Below are positions 1-20,095 of a stretch of 64,000 bases of DNA, in pieces (the first letter of the stretch is position 1; every line of letters starts with the position of its first letter). Source of the DNA: Malacoraja senta (Eukaryota); the NCBI GenBank assembly GCA_038087875.1, contig JAXLNO010000364.1, positions 248,001-312,000 on the forward strand, given 5' to 3'. The position numbers were made by a program, and so were the translations under genes. A model generated the notes under the pieces. It searched no databases. It saw only the letters and a program-made list of their open reading frames with translations, and was not told the origin of the DNA.

Positions 1-2625
1 AAACGTTTAGGGGCAACATGAGGGGGAATTTCTTTACTCAAAGAGTGGTAGCTGTGTGGAATGAGCTTCCAGTGGAAGTGGTGAAGGCAGGTTCGTTTTT
101 CTCATTTTAAAATGAATTGGATAGGTATATGGACGGGAAAGGAATGGAGAGTTAAGGTCTGAGTGCAGATAGATGGGACTACGTGAGAGTAAGTGTTCGG
201 CACGGACTAGAAGGGCCGAGATGGCCTGTTTCCGTGCTGTAATTGTTATATGGTTATATGGTTATAACATAGCAAATATGAGCGGGAAGCCAGAGGATTG
301 GGAAACCTTTTAAAGAGCAACAGAAACTAACTAAAAAGCTTCCTTCCCTAGATGAAGAAGAAAAAAAAGTTAAGACAAATGTGGATCCCTTGAAGACAGA
401 AACAGGTGGATTTATTATGGGGAACAAGGAAAAGGGAAACGAGTTGAACAGGTACTTTGGTTCTGTCTTCACTTCGGAAGTCAGAAACAACTTCCCATAT
501 GTACTAGGGGACAGAGGAGCTGGGTCATGGAGGCACTGAAGGAAATTCACTTTAGACAGGAAATGGTGTCGCATTCACTGATGGGACTGAAGGCTCATAC
601 ATTCCCAGGGTCTGATGGTCTGCATTCCAGGGTACTCAAGGAGATGGCTCTAGGAATCGTGGACGCCTTGGTGATAATGTTCCAATGTTCTATAGATTAT
701 GAATCAGTTCTTGTGAAATGGAGGGTAGCTAATGTTATGACACTTTTCAAGAAAGGAGGGAGAGAGAAAGCAGGGCATTATAGACCAGTTAGTCTGACAT
801 CTGTGGTGGGGGAGATGCTGGTGCCGTTTATTGGAGACGTAATAGTGGCGCATTTGGGTAGCAGTACCAGGATCGGTCCAAGTCAGCATGGATTTACGAA
901 GGGGAAATCATACTTGACAAATCTTCACAATTTTTTTGGAGGACGTAACAAGTAAAATGGACAAGGGAGAGCCAGTGGATGTAGGGATTAACGGGTCCCT
1001 TCCAGAATGACAGGCCGTGACCAGTGGGGTAACGCAAGGCTCGGAGTTAGGACCGCAGCTATTTACAATGTATATTAATGATTTAGATGAAGGGATTACA
1101 AGTAACATTTGCAAATTTGCAGATGCCACAAATCTGGGTGGCAGTGTGAACTGTGAGGAGGATGCTATGAGAATGCAGGGCGACTTGGACAGGTTGGGTG
1201 AGTGGGCAGATGCACAGCAGATGCAGTTTATTGTATATAAATGTGATGTTATCCACTTTGGTAGGAAAACCGAGAAGGCAGATTATTATCTAACTGATGT
1301 CAAGTTGGGAAAGGGGGAAGTACAACGGGATATCGGGGTCCTTGTTCATCAGTCAATGAAAGTAAGCATGCCATGCAGGTACAGCAGGCAGTGAAGAAAG
1401 CGAATGGCATGTTGGCATTGATAACAAGATATTTGAGTACAGGAGCAAAGTGGTCCTTCTACAGTTGTACAGGGCCCTGGTGAGACCACACCTTTGTATT
1501 GTGTGCAGTTTTGGTATCCTAATTTGAGGAAGGATATTCTTGCTTTTGAGGGAGAAAGCATACGTTCACGACGTTAATACCCGGGATGGCGGGACTGTCA
1601 TCTGATGAAAGAATGGATCGATTGGCTTGTATTCACTGGAATTTAGAAGATGAGAGGGGATCTTATAGAAAAATACAACATATTTAAGAGATTGGACACG
1701 TTAGATGCAGGAAACATGTTTCCGATGTCAGGCGACTTCAAAACCAGGGGCCACAGTTTAAGATTAAGGGGTAGGCCATTTAGGACTGAGATGAGAAAAA
1801 ATATTTTTCACAGAGAGTTGTGAATTTGTGGAATTCTCTGCCTCTGAAGGCAGTGGAGGCCGATTCACTGGATGCATTCAACAGAGAGTTAGATAGAGCT
1901 CTTAGGGCTAGCGGAATCAAGGGGTATCGGGAGAAGGCAGGAAAAGGGTAATGATTGTGGATGATCAGCCATGATTACATTGAATGGCGGAGTAGGCTCA
2001 AAGGGCCGGAAAGCCTACTCCGGAACATATTGTCTATGTATTTATGTATCTATGTATATAATTCTACCGATGCGTCAATGTGCCATTCCAGTTTCGAGGT
2101 CAATGGTGTAATGCTGAGGCCTCATGAGGCGCTGGTGAGGCCACGCTTGGAATATTGTAAGCGGCTATGGGCCTCATCTCTAAGGATGGGTGAGCAAGCG
2201 TGGATAGGCCCAGAGGACGCTTAGTGGAATGGTCCCGGTTATGATTGGATAAACGTGTGAGGATAGTTTGATGTTAATAGGCCTGTACTCGATGGAGTTT
2301 AGCAGAATGAAGGGAGACTTCATTGAAACACACAGATTAGTGAATGGCTTGGATAGAGTGTGTGTGGGGAGGATGTTTCTACCAGTAGAGAGCCTAGCAC
2401 GAGAGGGCATAGCCACAGAATTCGACGTTCTTTTATTAAGGAGATGAGGACAGATTTCTTTAGTCAGAGGATGGTGAATCTGTGGGATTCTTTGCTGCAG
2501 AACGCAGTGCAGGCCAAGTCGTTGGACATTTTTAAGGCAGAGATGGATAGATTCTTGATTATTACAGGTGTCAGAGATTTTGGTGAGAAGGCAGAAGAAT
2601 GTGGTTAGGAGGGAAAAACATATCA
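1..2625 (+). mobile_element. Decayed CR1 LINE RT/3' region with nested and adjacent CR1 3' fragments
   Basis: Frameshifted RT motifs (YRPVSLTS, QHGF, QGSELGPQLF, KFADAT) and microsatellite tails (tatggt, tatgtatc). Confidence 0.9.
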
Positions 2626-3184
2626 ACTGCACTTTGCCCTCCCTCACGTTAAATATATCCTCTCTAATAATTGACCTGTCTATCGAGGGGTGGGGCGGGA
2701 GGGGTGGGGGGTAGATAATGAATGTCCGTCGGATCTGTGCCTCTCATAGTGTCATTTTGATTGTTTGAAAGATACAGAATGGAAACCGGCCCTTCCGTCC
2801 ACCACACGACGACCATTTGTCATGCGCTCACACGCCAGTTCTACGTTATACCCACTTTCCGTTCGCTCCCTACACACTAGCGACAACTTATGGAGGCCAA
2901 TTGACCTACAATCCCAAAGCACCCTGAAATATAGAAGCATCACGAGGCCATTTCGCCCATCAAGTTCGCTCCGCCATCCGCCACTCCAAAGACGTAGAGG
3001 TGTGTATGTTAATTTGCTTGGTGTAAATGAAAATTGTCCCTCGTGTGTGTATGATAGCGGTAGTGTGCGGGGATCGCTGATTGAACCTTCCGAACCATCT
3101 GAATTTTGTAGTCGGCAGGGCAGTACTCTGCATGTCGCCAACTTCGACAATTTTACATTTTTATCAAGCCAATTAATCAAGTCA

Positions 3185-3355
3185 ATTAACCTACAAACCT
3201 GTATATCTTTGGAGTGTGGCAGGAAACCGAAGATCTCCGAGAAAACCCACGTAGATCACGGGGAGAACGTAGAAACTCCATACAAACAGCACCCGTATTC
3301 GGGATCGAACCCGGGTCTCTGGCGTTGCATTTTGCTGCACCGCTGTGCCACCGTG
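3185..3355 (-). mobile_element. tRNA-derived SINE (HE1/V-SINE-like), repeated in each duplication unit
   Basis: Minus strand has GGTGGCACAGCGG (A-box-like), GGTTCGATCCC (B box) and a GGAGTTT..ACGTTCTCCCCGTG core. Confidence 0.75.
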
Positions 3356-4116
3356 ACTGCAAAGACGTACGAGTTTGCCGGGAAATCGGCTTCGTATAAA
3401 TGTAAATTATTCTCAGACTGAGTAGGATAGTGTTAGATGCGGACTCGCTCGGCTGATGGGCCTGTTTCCGCGCTGCATCTCTAAACTGAACCAAATTTAA
3501 AAGTAAAAGAGCATCAGAATCAGTTTCGATGGTCCGCTTTAAAAATTATCTGTCGCTCTCTCATGGAATTGTTTTCTCTCGCTGGAGAAAGGGGCTACAG
3601 GACAACCAGAGATGTTGGGGGGGGAGGAGTGTTGCTCATGGATTGATACAGATTTTCACAGCCGTAGTCCGAAATTACATTGCGGATGTTTCCTCCAGTC
3701 AGGCTAGATTTTTGAATTTGAGGAATAAAAATCAATATACCAGTAAGATAGACACACAATTCTGGCGTAACTCAGATGCCCAGGTAGCATCTCTGGAGTA
3801 AAGGAATGGGTGAAGTTTCGGGTCGAGACCCTTCTTAATAACCACCAGTAGTCAGATTCGATCCCGTGTCTCTGGAGCTGGGAAGCATCAGCAGCACCGC
3901 TGCGCCGCCGAGGTCGTTTCCTCTTTTCTTATTGTCTGAATTTATCATCCAAACTTCAGGAAACCTGCCATCCTCGTCCTTCATGTTCTGTGGAACACGC
4001 CGGAACTGAAATCCCACCACCTCGTCTTTAACCGACTCCGACACGTAGGATGAGGACTTACCTAAGAACAGCTGCTCCCAAATCACTCTCCCCACTTTCT
4101 ACCAAACGCAGATATT

Positions 4117-4259
4117 TTTATTTTCCATTCACCGATTTCTCAAATTAATCGACAAAACAATGTCCTTAAAATAATTTTATTATCAATACTATAATATCTA
4201 TCAATATAATCTATTTAATCTGTATTAAATTAAACTTTTAATTAATAAATTAATTTATT
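4117..4259 (-). terminator. Short AT-rich 3' UTR with polyadenylation signals of tubulin copy 1 (similar in copies 2-4)
   Basis: AATAAA on the minus strand at 4254-4259, 4176-4181 and 4117-4122. The sequence does not show which one is used. Confidence 0.55.
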
Positions 4260-7253
<2,994 letters not shown>

Positions 7254-7304
7254 GTTGCTCCGCTCGCGTGGTTCTCGAGACTGTGACGCGCGGCGCCGCT
7301 CCGG

Positions 7305-7485
7305 TATTTATACGGGCCCTGTGATAGAACGGTGGCCTTCGGTAAACGCGCGCCGATTGGTCAATGAGGACAATGACCTTGGTTGCCACAGGAAACAAAC
7401 ATAGAAGGTTCCAAGGCGCTCATTGCTGATTAATCCACAGTGTGAGACGTAGAACAATGGACCTTCAGTGACGCAATCCATTGTC
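7305..7485 (-). promoter_or_regulatory. Promoter of tubulin copy 1: TATA box, CCAAT box, RFX X-box-like site
   Basis: TATAAATA at 7305-7312 (minus), CCAAT at 7356-7360, GTTGCC-ACA-GGAAAC at 7382-7396, AACAATG at 7453-7459, TGACGCAA at 7469-7476. Confidence 0.75.
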
Positions 7486-8254
7486 TGCCTTCACCTCCCA
7501 GATTCCAATCTATCAATTACCGCTGGAAATAAAATGATCTGACCACATCCCTCCAAATGATACCTAGCGCAAACTATTTGATTTATTAAGCCCATGCAAT
7601 CAATTTAGCCACCAGTGGAAAAATTGCTGTAGATCACAGCGAATGTGACGTTAATCCCACGCATCTCTCCATTAATCACGTCATAATCCGGGATCTCCGG
7701 TCTATCAGCGCAATGCCTAAGATCAATTATTATTAATTTATTACCATCACGTGTGCTGCAAAAAAAAATGTCAGTCGTACTATATAGGCAGATCACATCA
7801 CTCCTCAGTATATCTGATATTGCAACACGAAAAAAATGAGCAACGTGCAGAGTATAGTGTTACATCTAGAGAATAAAAATAACATTTTTATTTTCAAGTA
7901 TGAGGACCACAGGAAGGTAGCACATGAGAGGTCTGCTGGGACAAACTGTCCCTGAATCAGGTGGTACGTTCTTTCATGCTTTGGTACACGCTGTCCAACA
8001 GAAGTGGAGAGAAGAGTGAATGACCGTGGCTTAAGGTATGGAGGGGGTGGGGTGTGGGAGTGGCCCGTGATTGTGACGATGTCATGCAATTAGATTCCAA
8101 ATGATAAATCACTGATTAATAAAGTGCCATTGAACATATTGATTGATTGAAAGATGTACTCTAGAAATTTGATGACGTGCAGTCCATCAGAACCCCAGCA
8201 ATCTCCAATTTCGTTATGATGAATCAAAAAGGATATCACATTGATGGCTTTATA

Positions 8255-9930
8255 GAGTCATAGAGTGATAGAGCGTAGAAACAGGCCCTTCGGCTCAACT
8301 TCCCACACCGACCAACTTGTCCCACCCGCCTGCCCTTGGACCATATCCATCCAAACGTGTCCCATCAATCTACCTTGTTAACTATTCCTTATACGTTCGG
8401 ATAGTCCCAGCCTCAACTACCCCCTCTAGCAGCTTGTTCCATGTAACCACCACCCTTTGTTTGAAAAGGTGAGCGCTCAAATTCCTATTAAATCTTTACC
8501 CCTTCACCTTGAATCTATTGGTCCTCGATGCCCCTATTCTGGGCAAGAGATTCTGTGCATCTACCCGACCTGTTCCTCTCATGATTTGTAACACCTCTAT
8601 ACGATCACCCTTCATCCTCCTGCGCTCCAAGGAATAGCGACCCACCCTACTCAACCTCTCCCATCAGCTCAAACCCCCTAGTCCTGGCAGCATCCGCGTA
8701 AACCTTCACTGATTGGCTGCCAGAGACTAGGGGTCGGTGCTGTGGCCACTGCTCTTCACGTTGTATATCAATGATTAGGATGAGGGAACTGAATTCTTAG
8801 TGGGAAGTTTGGTGATGCTGCGAAGGTAGGTGGAGGGGCAGATAGTGTGGAGTAAGCAGCGACTCTCCCGAAGGATTCGGGCATGTTTTGAAAGTAGGCA
8901 AAAAAATGGCAGATGGAATACAGCGCAGCAAAATGCGGAGACAGGCATTTTGATAGTAGGAATCAATCGAAGACAATTTTCTAAATGAGGAGAGAATTCA
9001 GAAATCTGAGGTGCAAAGGGACTCGGGAATGCTGATACGGGATTCCCAAAAACGTAATTTGCAAGTCGAATTGAAAGTAAGGCAGGAAAATGCAATACAA
9101 GCATTTATTTGGGGAGGACAAGAATATAAAAAAACGGATGTAATATTGAGGCATGAAAAGGCACCGGTGAGCGCATTTGGGGTATTGTGAGCAATCTGGG
9201 GCCCCATATCTAAGGATTGATGTGCTGGCGTCGGAAAGGATACGGAGGATGATTATGAGAATGATCCCAGCACCGAATTGGGTTCACGTACGATAAACGT
9301 TTTACGACACTGTGCCTGTACTCGCTGGAGTGCAGAAGGAAGAGGGGAGAACCTGATTGAAACAAATGGGTTTCAGATGCTATCGCGTGAAGGCAGGGCA
9401 ATGGAGCTGATAGGGGAAGAATGATCACCCACGATTAAATGGCGGAGTAAGCAAGAGTCATAGAATGATAGTGAATGGAAACAGGCCCTTCGGCCAAACT
9501 TGCATTTACCGGCCAACATGTCCCAGTTACCCCAGTCCCACCTGCGTGTGCTTGGTCCATATCCGTCCAAACCTCTCCTATCCATGTAGCTGTCTAACTA
9601 TTTCTTGAACGTTGGGATAGTACCAGCATCAACTAGCTCCTCTGGCAGCTTGCACCATACACCCACCAGCCTTTGTGTGAAAACGTTAGCCTTCAGATTG
9701 CTTTTGAATATTTTCCCCTTCACCTTGTACTTATGTCTTCTGGTCTTCGATTCAATTACTTTGGGCAAGAGATTCTGCGCATCTATCCGATTTGTTCCTC
9801 TCGTGATTTTATGCACCTCTAGAAGATCACCCCTCATCGTCCTGCGCTCCAAGGAAGAGAGACCCAGCCTACTCAACCTCTCCCGATAGCTCAGACCCTC
9901 TAGTCCTGGCAACAGTCTCGTAAATGCTAT
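8255..9930. mobile_element. Patchwork of CR1 LINE fragments (minus about 8255-8705, plus about 8710-9455, minus about 9455-9930), repeated in each unit
   Basis: ORF 9598-9942 encodes the CR1 ORF2 C-terminus (LSYRERLSRLGL..LERR.MRGDL); typical CR1 3' UTR ends are present. Confidence 0.85.
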
Positions 9931-9944
9931 AGTACAATTCATTT

Positions 9945-10215
9945 AGACTTTAGACTTTTGATTTTAAATTTGAGAGATACTTCGCGGAAACAGGCCCTTC
10001 GTCGATCAGCGATCACCACGTGCACTGGCACACTCCTAAACACTTGGGACAATTTGCAACTTTACCGAAATCAAACCTGTACGTCTTTGGAATGTGGGAG
10101 AGGCCCGGACCACCGAAGAAACCCCACAGGGAGAACATACAAACTCCGTACAAACAGCATCCGGAGTCCCGATCGAACCCGGTTCTCGGGCGCTGTGAGG
10201 CAACAACCTTCAAGG
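9945..10215 (-). mobile_element. tRNA-derived SINE (HE1/V-SINE-like), 5'-truncated
   Basis: B box GGGTTCGATC, a V-like core and a (TCTAAA)n-type tail. Confidence 0.65.
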
Positions 10216-10219
10216 TCGG

Positions 10220-13200
10220 CAGGTGAAGGTTCTAGTGCGGAGGATTGTCTGCAGAATTTAAAGCCTTGGTGAGTTTTCAAGAGCGGGTCATTTTAAAACC
10301 GGTAACTAAATCTGTAAATTAGCTAATTAGTTAAATGAGTAGCAAATAAAAGTAGGGCTCGCTCTTGGTGGAGCGGCCTGTTGGCGTGAAGTGCCTTGGT
10401 GAGCAAAGTGTGAGTCTTTGGCTCAAGAGCGTCTTGGTGAGTAAGGTGTGATTCTTTGGCTCAAAAGTCTTCGGCGAGAAGGCTGAAGCAAGGAATCTAC
10501 ATTAATCGAAATGTTTGATTTGTGATTTTTAGTCCAGTAAAGAAATGGCAGAGTGGTAGAGTATGTTTCCTGCAGGATGTGGGACGTTAGGTACACCGCT
10601 GGTGCTTCTGGAAACTATACCTGCAGAAATTGTGTCCAGGTGCTGTTCCTGAATGAACGTGTTGGTGAAATGAAGAAGCAGCTGGAGGACCTCACGGCCA
10701 TCCGGGAAAACGAGAGTTTTCTGGACAAGACCTTCAGCGAGGCTGTCACACAAAGGATATCGGAGTAGCGAAGGTGGATGACTGTGAGAAAGAACCGTAA
10801 ATGTGGAGTGCAAGAGAACACGGTGGCTGTACCTAATGAGACGCGACCGATGAGACCGACGTTGGTCAGAGCCATAGTGGTGAGTGACTCCATTGTCCGA
10901 GGTGCGGACAGGACATTCATTTGCGGCTGGCGAGACTCGGGGATGGTATGTTGCATCCCTGGTGCATGATATCTCGGACCGACTTCAGAACATCCTTGAG
11001 AGGGAAGGTGAGGAAGAGGAAGGATGTTCTGCACCGTGAGTTTATAGAGTTAGTAAGAAGATAAAAATGCATGACTTCTGGGATGGTTATCTCTGGATTG
11101 CTTCCAGTACATCGTGTTGGTGAGTACCGGAATATGGAGATAGCGGATCTGAATGCGGGCTGAGGGGCTCGTGCAGCGAGCAGGGATTTAGATTCATAGA
11201 CGACTGGGACCTATTCTGGGGCAGGGATTACCTCAACAAAAGGGACGGGTTACACCTTAACTGGGGCGGGACCGACATTCTGGCAGCCTGGTTTGCTGGT
11301 GCTACACCGGAGAGTTTAAAATAATTTGCAGGGAGGAAGTGTTGACAAATTGGAGATATAAGGATGGAGTGAAAGGTGAAGAGAGTATAGGAAAAGTTGC
11401 GAAAGACAACCGGATTAATGGGACGGAAATTTCAAGAAGGGATAGGAGAGTAAGGTCAGAGGAACCCGTTTGAGAGAGGAGGTGAATACCGAATTAAAAG
11501 TGTTACCGCGAACTATATGAAATAAAGTGGATGAGCTTGAGGCAAAGTTAGAAATTGGTGAGTATGATGTTGTGGGAATGACAGACACATGGCTGCAAGC
11601 GGATCAGAACTGGTAACTGAATATTCAGGGGTATACGTCCTATTGAAAAGAAAGCCAGATGGGCAGAGGGGATGCGGTGGCCCTCGTTGGTAAGGAATGA
11701 AATTCAGTCACTTGCGAGTGGACACATAGTCAGAAGACGTAGAGCCATTGTGGATGGAACTGAGAAATTGAACGGTAGAAAGACCCTAGTCCGTGTTATC
11801 TACAGGCCCCCAAACAGTAGCCTGGTGATAGGGTGCAAGTTGCATCAGGAGTTAAAATTAACATATAACAAAGTTAATGCTACCGTGTTTATGGGAGATT
11901 TCATCATGCAGGTGGACTAGGAAAATCACATAGGTACTGGACCCCAAGAAAGGGACTTTGTAGTGTGTTTCCGAGATGAATTCTAAGAGCAGCTTGTACT
12001 GGAGCCTACTAGGTAGCAGGAAAAAATGGATTTAATGTTATGTAATGAACCGGATTTGATAAGTGACCTCAAGGTAAAGGAACCATTAGGAGGTAGTGGC
12101 CATAATATGATAAGTTTTAATTTGCAATTTGAGATATCGGAATTTGTAATATCGGAAGTGTCAGTATTCCAGTTGAACAAAGAGGACTATTGAGGGAGGA
12201 GCTTGCCATAGTTCACTGGAAAGGGACCCAAGAAGGCATGACGCTGGACGCTATATCTGAGAATAATCCAGAAGATGCAGGATCATTTCATTCCAAAGAG
12301 GAAGAAAGATTCTAATGGGAGTAAGAGGCGACCGTGGCTGACAAGCGAAATCATGTGGTGGGAGATTGGAACCTTCACGTGGTCCACCGTGTTTCGACTA
12401 ATGCAATCAACCCGACGTGCACAAACAAGATCAAATAGAACAAGTTGACCTACAACTTTAGGCTGTGCACGCCATACGCAAGAAGAAGAAGGGAAGTCAA
12501 GGACAGTATCAACATAATAGAGAAGACGTATAACTCAATTCTTATTTGAGAATTAATGGACTAAAGTTTAGGGGCAACATGAGGGGGAATTTCTTTACTC
12601 AAAGAGTGGTAGCTGTGTGGAATGAGCTTCCAGTGGAAGTGGTGACGGCAGGTTCGTTTTTATCATTTAAAAATGAATTGGATAGGTATATGGACGGGAA
12701 AGGAATGGAGAGTTAAGGTCTGAGTGCAGATAGATGGGACTACGTGAGAGTAAGTGTTCGGCACGGACTAGAAGGGCCGAGATGGCCTGTTTCCGTGCTG
12801 TAATTGTTATATGGTTATATGGTTATAACATAGCAAATATCAGCGGGAAGCCAGAGGATTGGGAAACCTTTTAAAGAGCAACAGAAACTAACTAAAAAGC
12901 TTCCTTCCCTATATGAAGAAGAAAAAACGGTTAAGACAAATGTGGATCCCTTGAAAACAGAAACAGGTGGATTTATTATGGGGAACAAGGAAAAGGGAAA
13001 CGAGTTGAACAGGTACTTTGGTTCTGTCTTCACTTCGGAAGTCAGAAACAATTTCCCATATGTACTAGGGGACAGAGGACCTGGGTCATGGAGGAACTGA
13101 AGGAAATTCACTTTAGACAGGAAATGGTGCCGCATTCACTGATGGGACTGAAGGCTCATACATTCCCAGGGTCTGATGGTCTGCATTCCAGGGTACTCAA

Positions 13201-14625
13201 GGAGATGGCTCTAGGAATCGTGGACGCCTTGGTGATAATGTTCCAATGTTCTATAGATTATGAATCAGTTCTTGTGAAATGGAGGGTAGCTAATGTTATG
13301 ACACTTTTCAAGAAAGGAGGGAGAGAGAAAGCAGGGCATTATAGACCAGTTAGCCTGACATCTGTAGTGGGGAAGATGCTGGTGCCGTTTATTGGAGATG
13401 TAATAGTGGCGCATTTGGGTAGCAGTACCAGGGTCGGTTCAAGTCAGCATGGATTTACGAAGGGGAAATCATACTTGACAAATCTTCGCAATTTTTTTGG
13501 AGGTCGTAACAAGTGAAATGGACAAGGGAGAGCCAGTGGATGTAGGGATTAACGGGTCCCTTTCAGAATGACAGGCCGTGACCAGTGGGGTAACGCAACG
13601 CTCGGAGTTAGGACCGCAGCTATTTACAATGTATATTAATGATTTAGATGAAGGGATTACAAGTAACATTTGCAAATTTGCAGATGACACAAATCTGGGT
13701 GGCAGTGTGAACTGTGAGGAGGATGCTATGAGAATGCAGGGCGACTTGGACAGGTTGGGTGAGTGGGCAGATGCACAGTAGATGCAGTTTAATGTATATA
13801 AATGTGAGGTTATCCACTTTGGTAGGAAAAACGAGAAGGCAGATTATTATCTAACTGATGTCAAGTTGGGAAAGGGGGAAGTACAACGGGATATCGGGGT
13901 CCTTGTTCATCAGTCAATGAAAGTAAGCATGCCATGCAGGTACAGCAGGCAGTGAAGAAAGCGAATGGCATGTTGGCATTGATACCAAGATATTTGAGTA
14001 CAGGAGCAAAGAGGTCCTTCTACAGTTGTACAGGGCCCTGGTGAGACCACACCTTTGTATTGTGTGCAGTTTTGGTATCCTAATTTGAGGAAGGATATTC
14101 TTGCTTTTGAGGGAGAAAGCGTAGGTTCACGACGTTAATACACGGGATGGCGGGACTGTCATCTGATGAAAGAATGGATCGATTGGCTTGTATTCACTGG
14201 GATTTAGAAGATGAGAGGGGATCTTATGGAAAAATACAACATATTTAAGAGATTGGACACGTTAGATGCAGGAAACATGTTTCCGATGTCAGGCGACTTC
14301 AAAACCAGGGGCCACAGTTTAAGATTAAGGGGTTGGCCATTTAGGACTGAGATGAGTAAAAATATTTTTCACAGAGAGTTGTGAATTTGTGGAATTCTCT
14401 GCCTCTGAAGGCAGTGGAGGCCGATTCACTGGATGCATTCAACAGAGAGTTAGATAGAGCTCTTAGGGCTAGCGGAATCAAGGGGTATCGGGAGAAGGCA
14501 GGAACAGGGTAATGATTGTGGATGATCGGCCATGATTACATTGAATGGCGGAGTAGGCTCAAAGGGCCGGAAAGCCTACTCCGGAACATATTGTCTATGT
14601 ATCTATGTATCTATGTATATAATTC
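10220..14625 (+). mobile_element. Near full-length decayed CR1 LINE (ORF1 zinc finger/esterase, ORF2 APE endonuclease and RT) with two nested insertions
   Basis: ORF1 remnants SCRMWDV..YTCRNC and IVVSDSIVRG (GDS-like); APE remnants VIYRPPN and MGDF; RT KFADDT; many stops and frameshifts. Nested: a (GAA)n-tailed piece at about 12350-12491 and a CR1 3' end at about 12535-12822. Confidence 0.88.
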
Positions 14626-16837
14626 TACCGATGCGTCAATGTGCTATTCCAGTTTCGAGTAGACGAATACATAAAAGCAATGGTGTAATGCTGAGGCCTA
14701 ATGAGGCGCTGGTGAGGCCACGCTTGGAATATTGTCAGCGGCTATGGGCCTCATCTCTAAGGATGGGTGCGCAAGCGTGGATAGGCCCAGAGGACGCTTA
14801 GTGGAATGGTCCCGGTTATGATTGGATAAACGTGGGAGGATAGTTTGATGTTACTAGGCCTGTACTCGATGGAGTTTAGCAGAATGAAGGGAGACTTCAT
14901 TGAAACACACAGATTAGTGAATGGCTTGGATAGAGTGTGTGTGGGGAGGATGTTTCTACCAGTAGAGAGCCTAGCACGAGAGGGCATAGCCGCAGAATTC
15001 GACGTTCTTTTAGTAAGGAGATGAGGAGAAATGTCTTTAGTCAGAGGATGGTGAATCTGTGGGATTCTTTGCTGCAGAACGCAGTGCAGGCCAAGTCGGT
15101 GGATATTTTTGAGGCAGAGATGGATAGATTGTTGATTATTACAGGTGTCAGAGATTATGGTGAGAAGGCAGAAGAATGCGGTTAGGAGGGAGAAACATAT
15201 CAACTGCACTTTGCCCTCCCTCGCGTTAAATATATCCTCTCTAATAATTGACCTGTCTATCGAGGGGTGGGGCGGGAGGGGTGGGGGGTAGATAATGAAT
15301 GTCCGTCCGATCTGTGCCTCTCATAGTGTCATTTTGATTGTTTGAAAGATACAGAATGGAAACCGGCCCATCCGGTCACCACACGACGACCATCTGTCAT
15401 GCGCTCACACGCCAGTTCTACGTTATACCCACTTTCCGTTCGCTCCCTACACACTAGCGACAATTTATGGAGGCCAATTGACCTACAATCCCAAAGCACC
15501 CTGAAATATAGAAGCATCATGAGGCCATTTCGCCCATCAAGTTCGCTCCGCCATCCGCCACTCCAAAGACGTAGAGGTGTGTATGTTAATTTGCTTGGTG
15601 TAAATGAAAATTGTCCCTCGTGTGTGTATGATAGCGGTAGTGTGCGGGGATCGCTGATTGAACCTTCCGAACCATCTGAATTTTGTAGTCGGCAGGGCAG
15701 TACTCTGCATATCGCCAACTTCGACAATTTTACATTTTTATCAAGCCAATTAATCAAGTAAATTAACCTACAAGCCTGTATATCTTTTGAGTGTGGCAGG
15801 AAACCGAAGATCTCCGAGAAAACCCACGCAGATCACGGGGAGAACGTACAAACACCATACAAACAGCACCCGTATTCGGGATCGAACCCGGGTCTCTGGC
15901 GTTGCACTTTGCTGCACCGCTGTGCCACCGTGACTGCAAAGACGTACGAGTTTGCCGGGAAATCGGCTTCGTATAAATGTAAATTATTCTCAGACTGAGT
16001 AGGATAGTGTTAGATGCGGACTCGCTGGGCTGATGGGCCTGTTTCCGCGCTGCATCTCTACACTGACCCAAATTTAAAAGTAAAATAGAGCATCAGAATC
16101 AGTTTCGATGGTCCGCTTTAAAAAACATCTGTCGCTCTCTCATGGAATTGTTTTCTCTCGCTGGAGAAAGGGGCTACAGGACAGACAGATATGTTGGGGG
16201 GGAGGAGTGTTGCTCATGGATTGATACAGATTTTCACAGCCGTAGTCCGAAATTATATTGCGGATGTTTCCTCCAGTCAGGCTAGATTTTTGAATTTGAG
16301 GAATAAAAATCAATATACCAGTAAGATAGACACACAATTCTGGCGTAACTCAGATGCCCAGGTAGCATCTCTGGAGTAAAGGAATGGGTGAAGTTTCGGG
16401 TCGATACCCTTCTTAATAACCACCAGTAGTCAGATTCGATCCCGTGTCTCTGGAGCTGTGAAGCATCAGCAGCACCGCTGCGCCGCCGAGGTAGTTTCCT
16501 CTTTTCTTACTGTCTGAATTTACCATCCAAACTTCAGGAAACCTGCCATCCTCGTCCTTCATGTTCTGTGGAACACGCCGGAACTGAAATCCCACCACCT
16601 CGTCTTTAACCGACTCCGACACGTAGGATGAGGTCGCACCTAAGAACAGCTGCTCCCAAATTACTCTCCCCATTTTCTACCAAACGCAGATATTTTTATT
16701 TTCCATTCACCGATTTCTCAAATTAATCGACAAAACAATGTCCTTAAAATAATTTTATTATCAATACTATAATATCTATCAATATAATCTATTTAATCTG
16801 TATTAAATTAAACTTTTAATTAATAAATTAATTTATT

Positions 16838-19862
<3,025 letters not shown>

Positions 19863-19913
19863 GTTGCTCCGCTCGCGTGGTTCTCGAGACTGTGACGCGC
19901 CGCGCCGCTCCGG

Positions 19914-20095
19914 TATTTATACGGGCCCGGGATAGAACGCTGGCATTCGGTAAACGCGCGCCGATTGGTCAATGAGAACAATGGCCTTGGTTGCCACAGG
20001 AAACAAACATAGAAGGTTCCAAGGCGCTCATTGCTGAATAATCCACAGTGTGAGACGTAGAACAATGGACCTTCAGTGACGCAATCCATTGTCTG
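19914..20095 (-). promoter_or_regulatory. Promoter of tubulin copy 2
   Basis: TATAAATA at 19914-19921, a CCAAT box and the X-box-like site at 19990-20004. Confidence 0.75.

Noticed and set aside
2752..3494. ORFs of 140-218 aa repeated in each unit as a conserved gene
   Set aside because: They are made of SINE and CR1-tail fragments in both orientations, their lengths differ between units, and recurrence is explained by the duplication.
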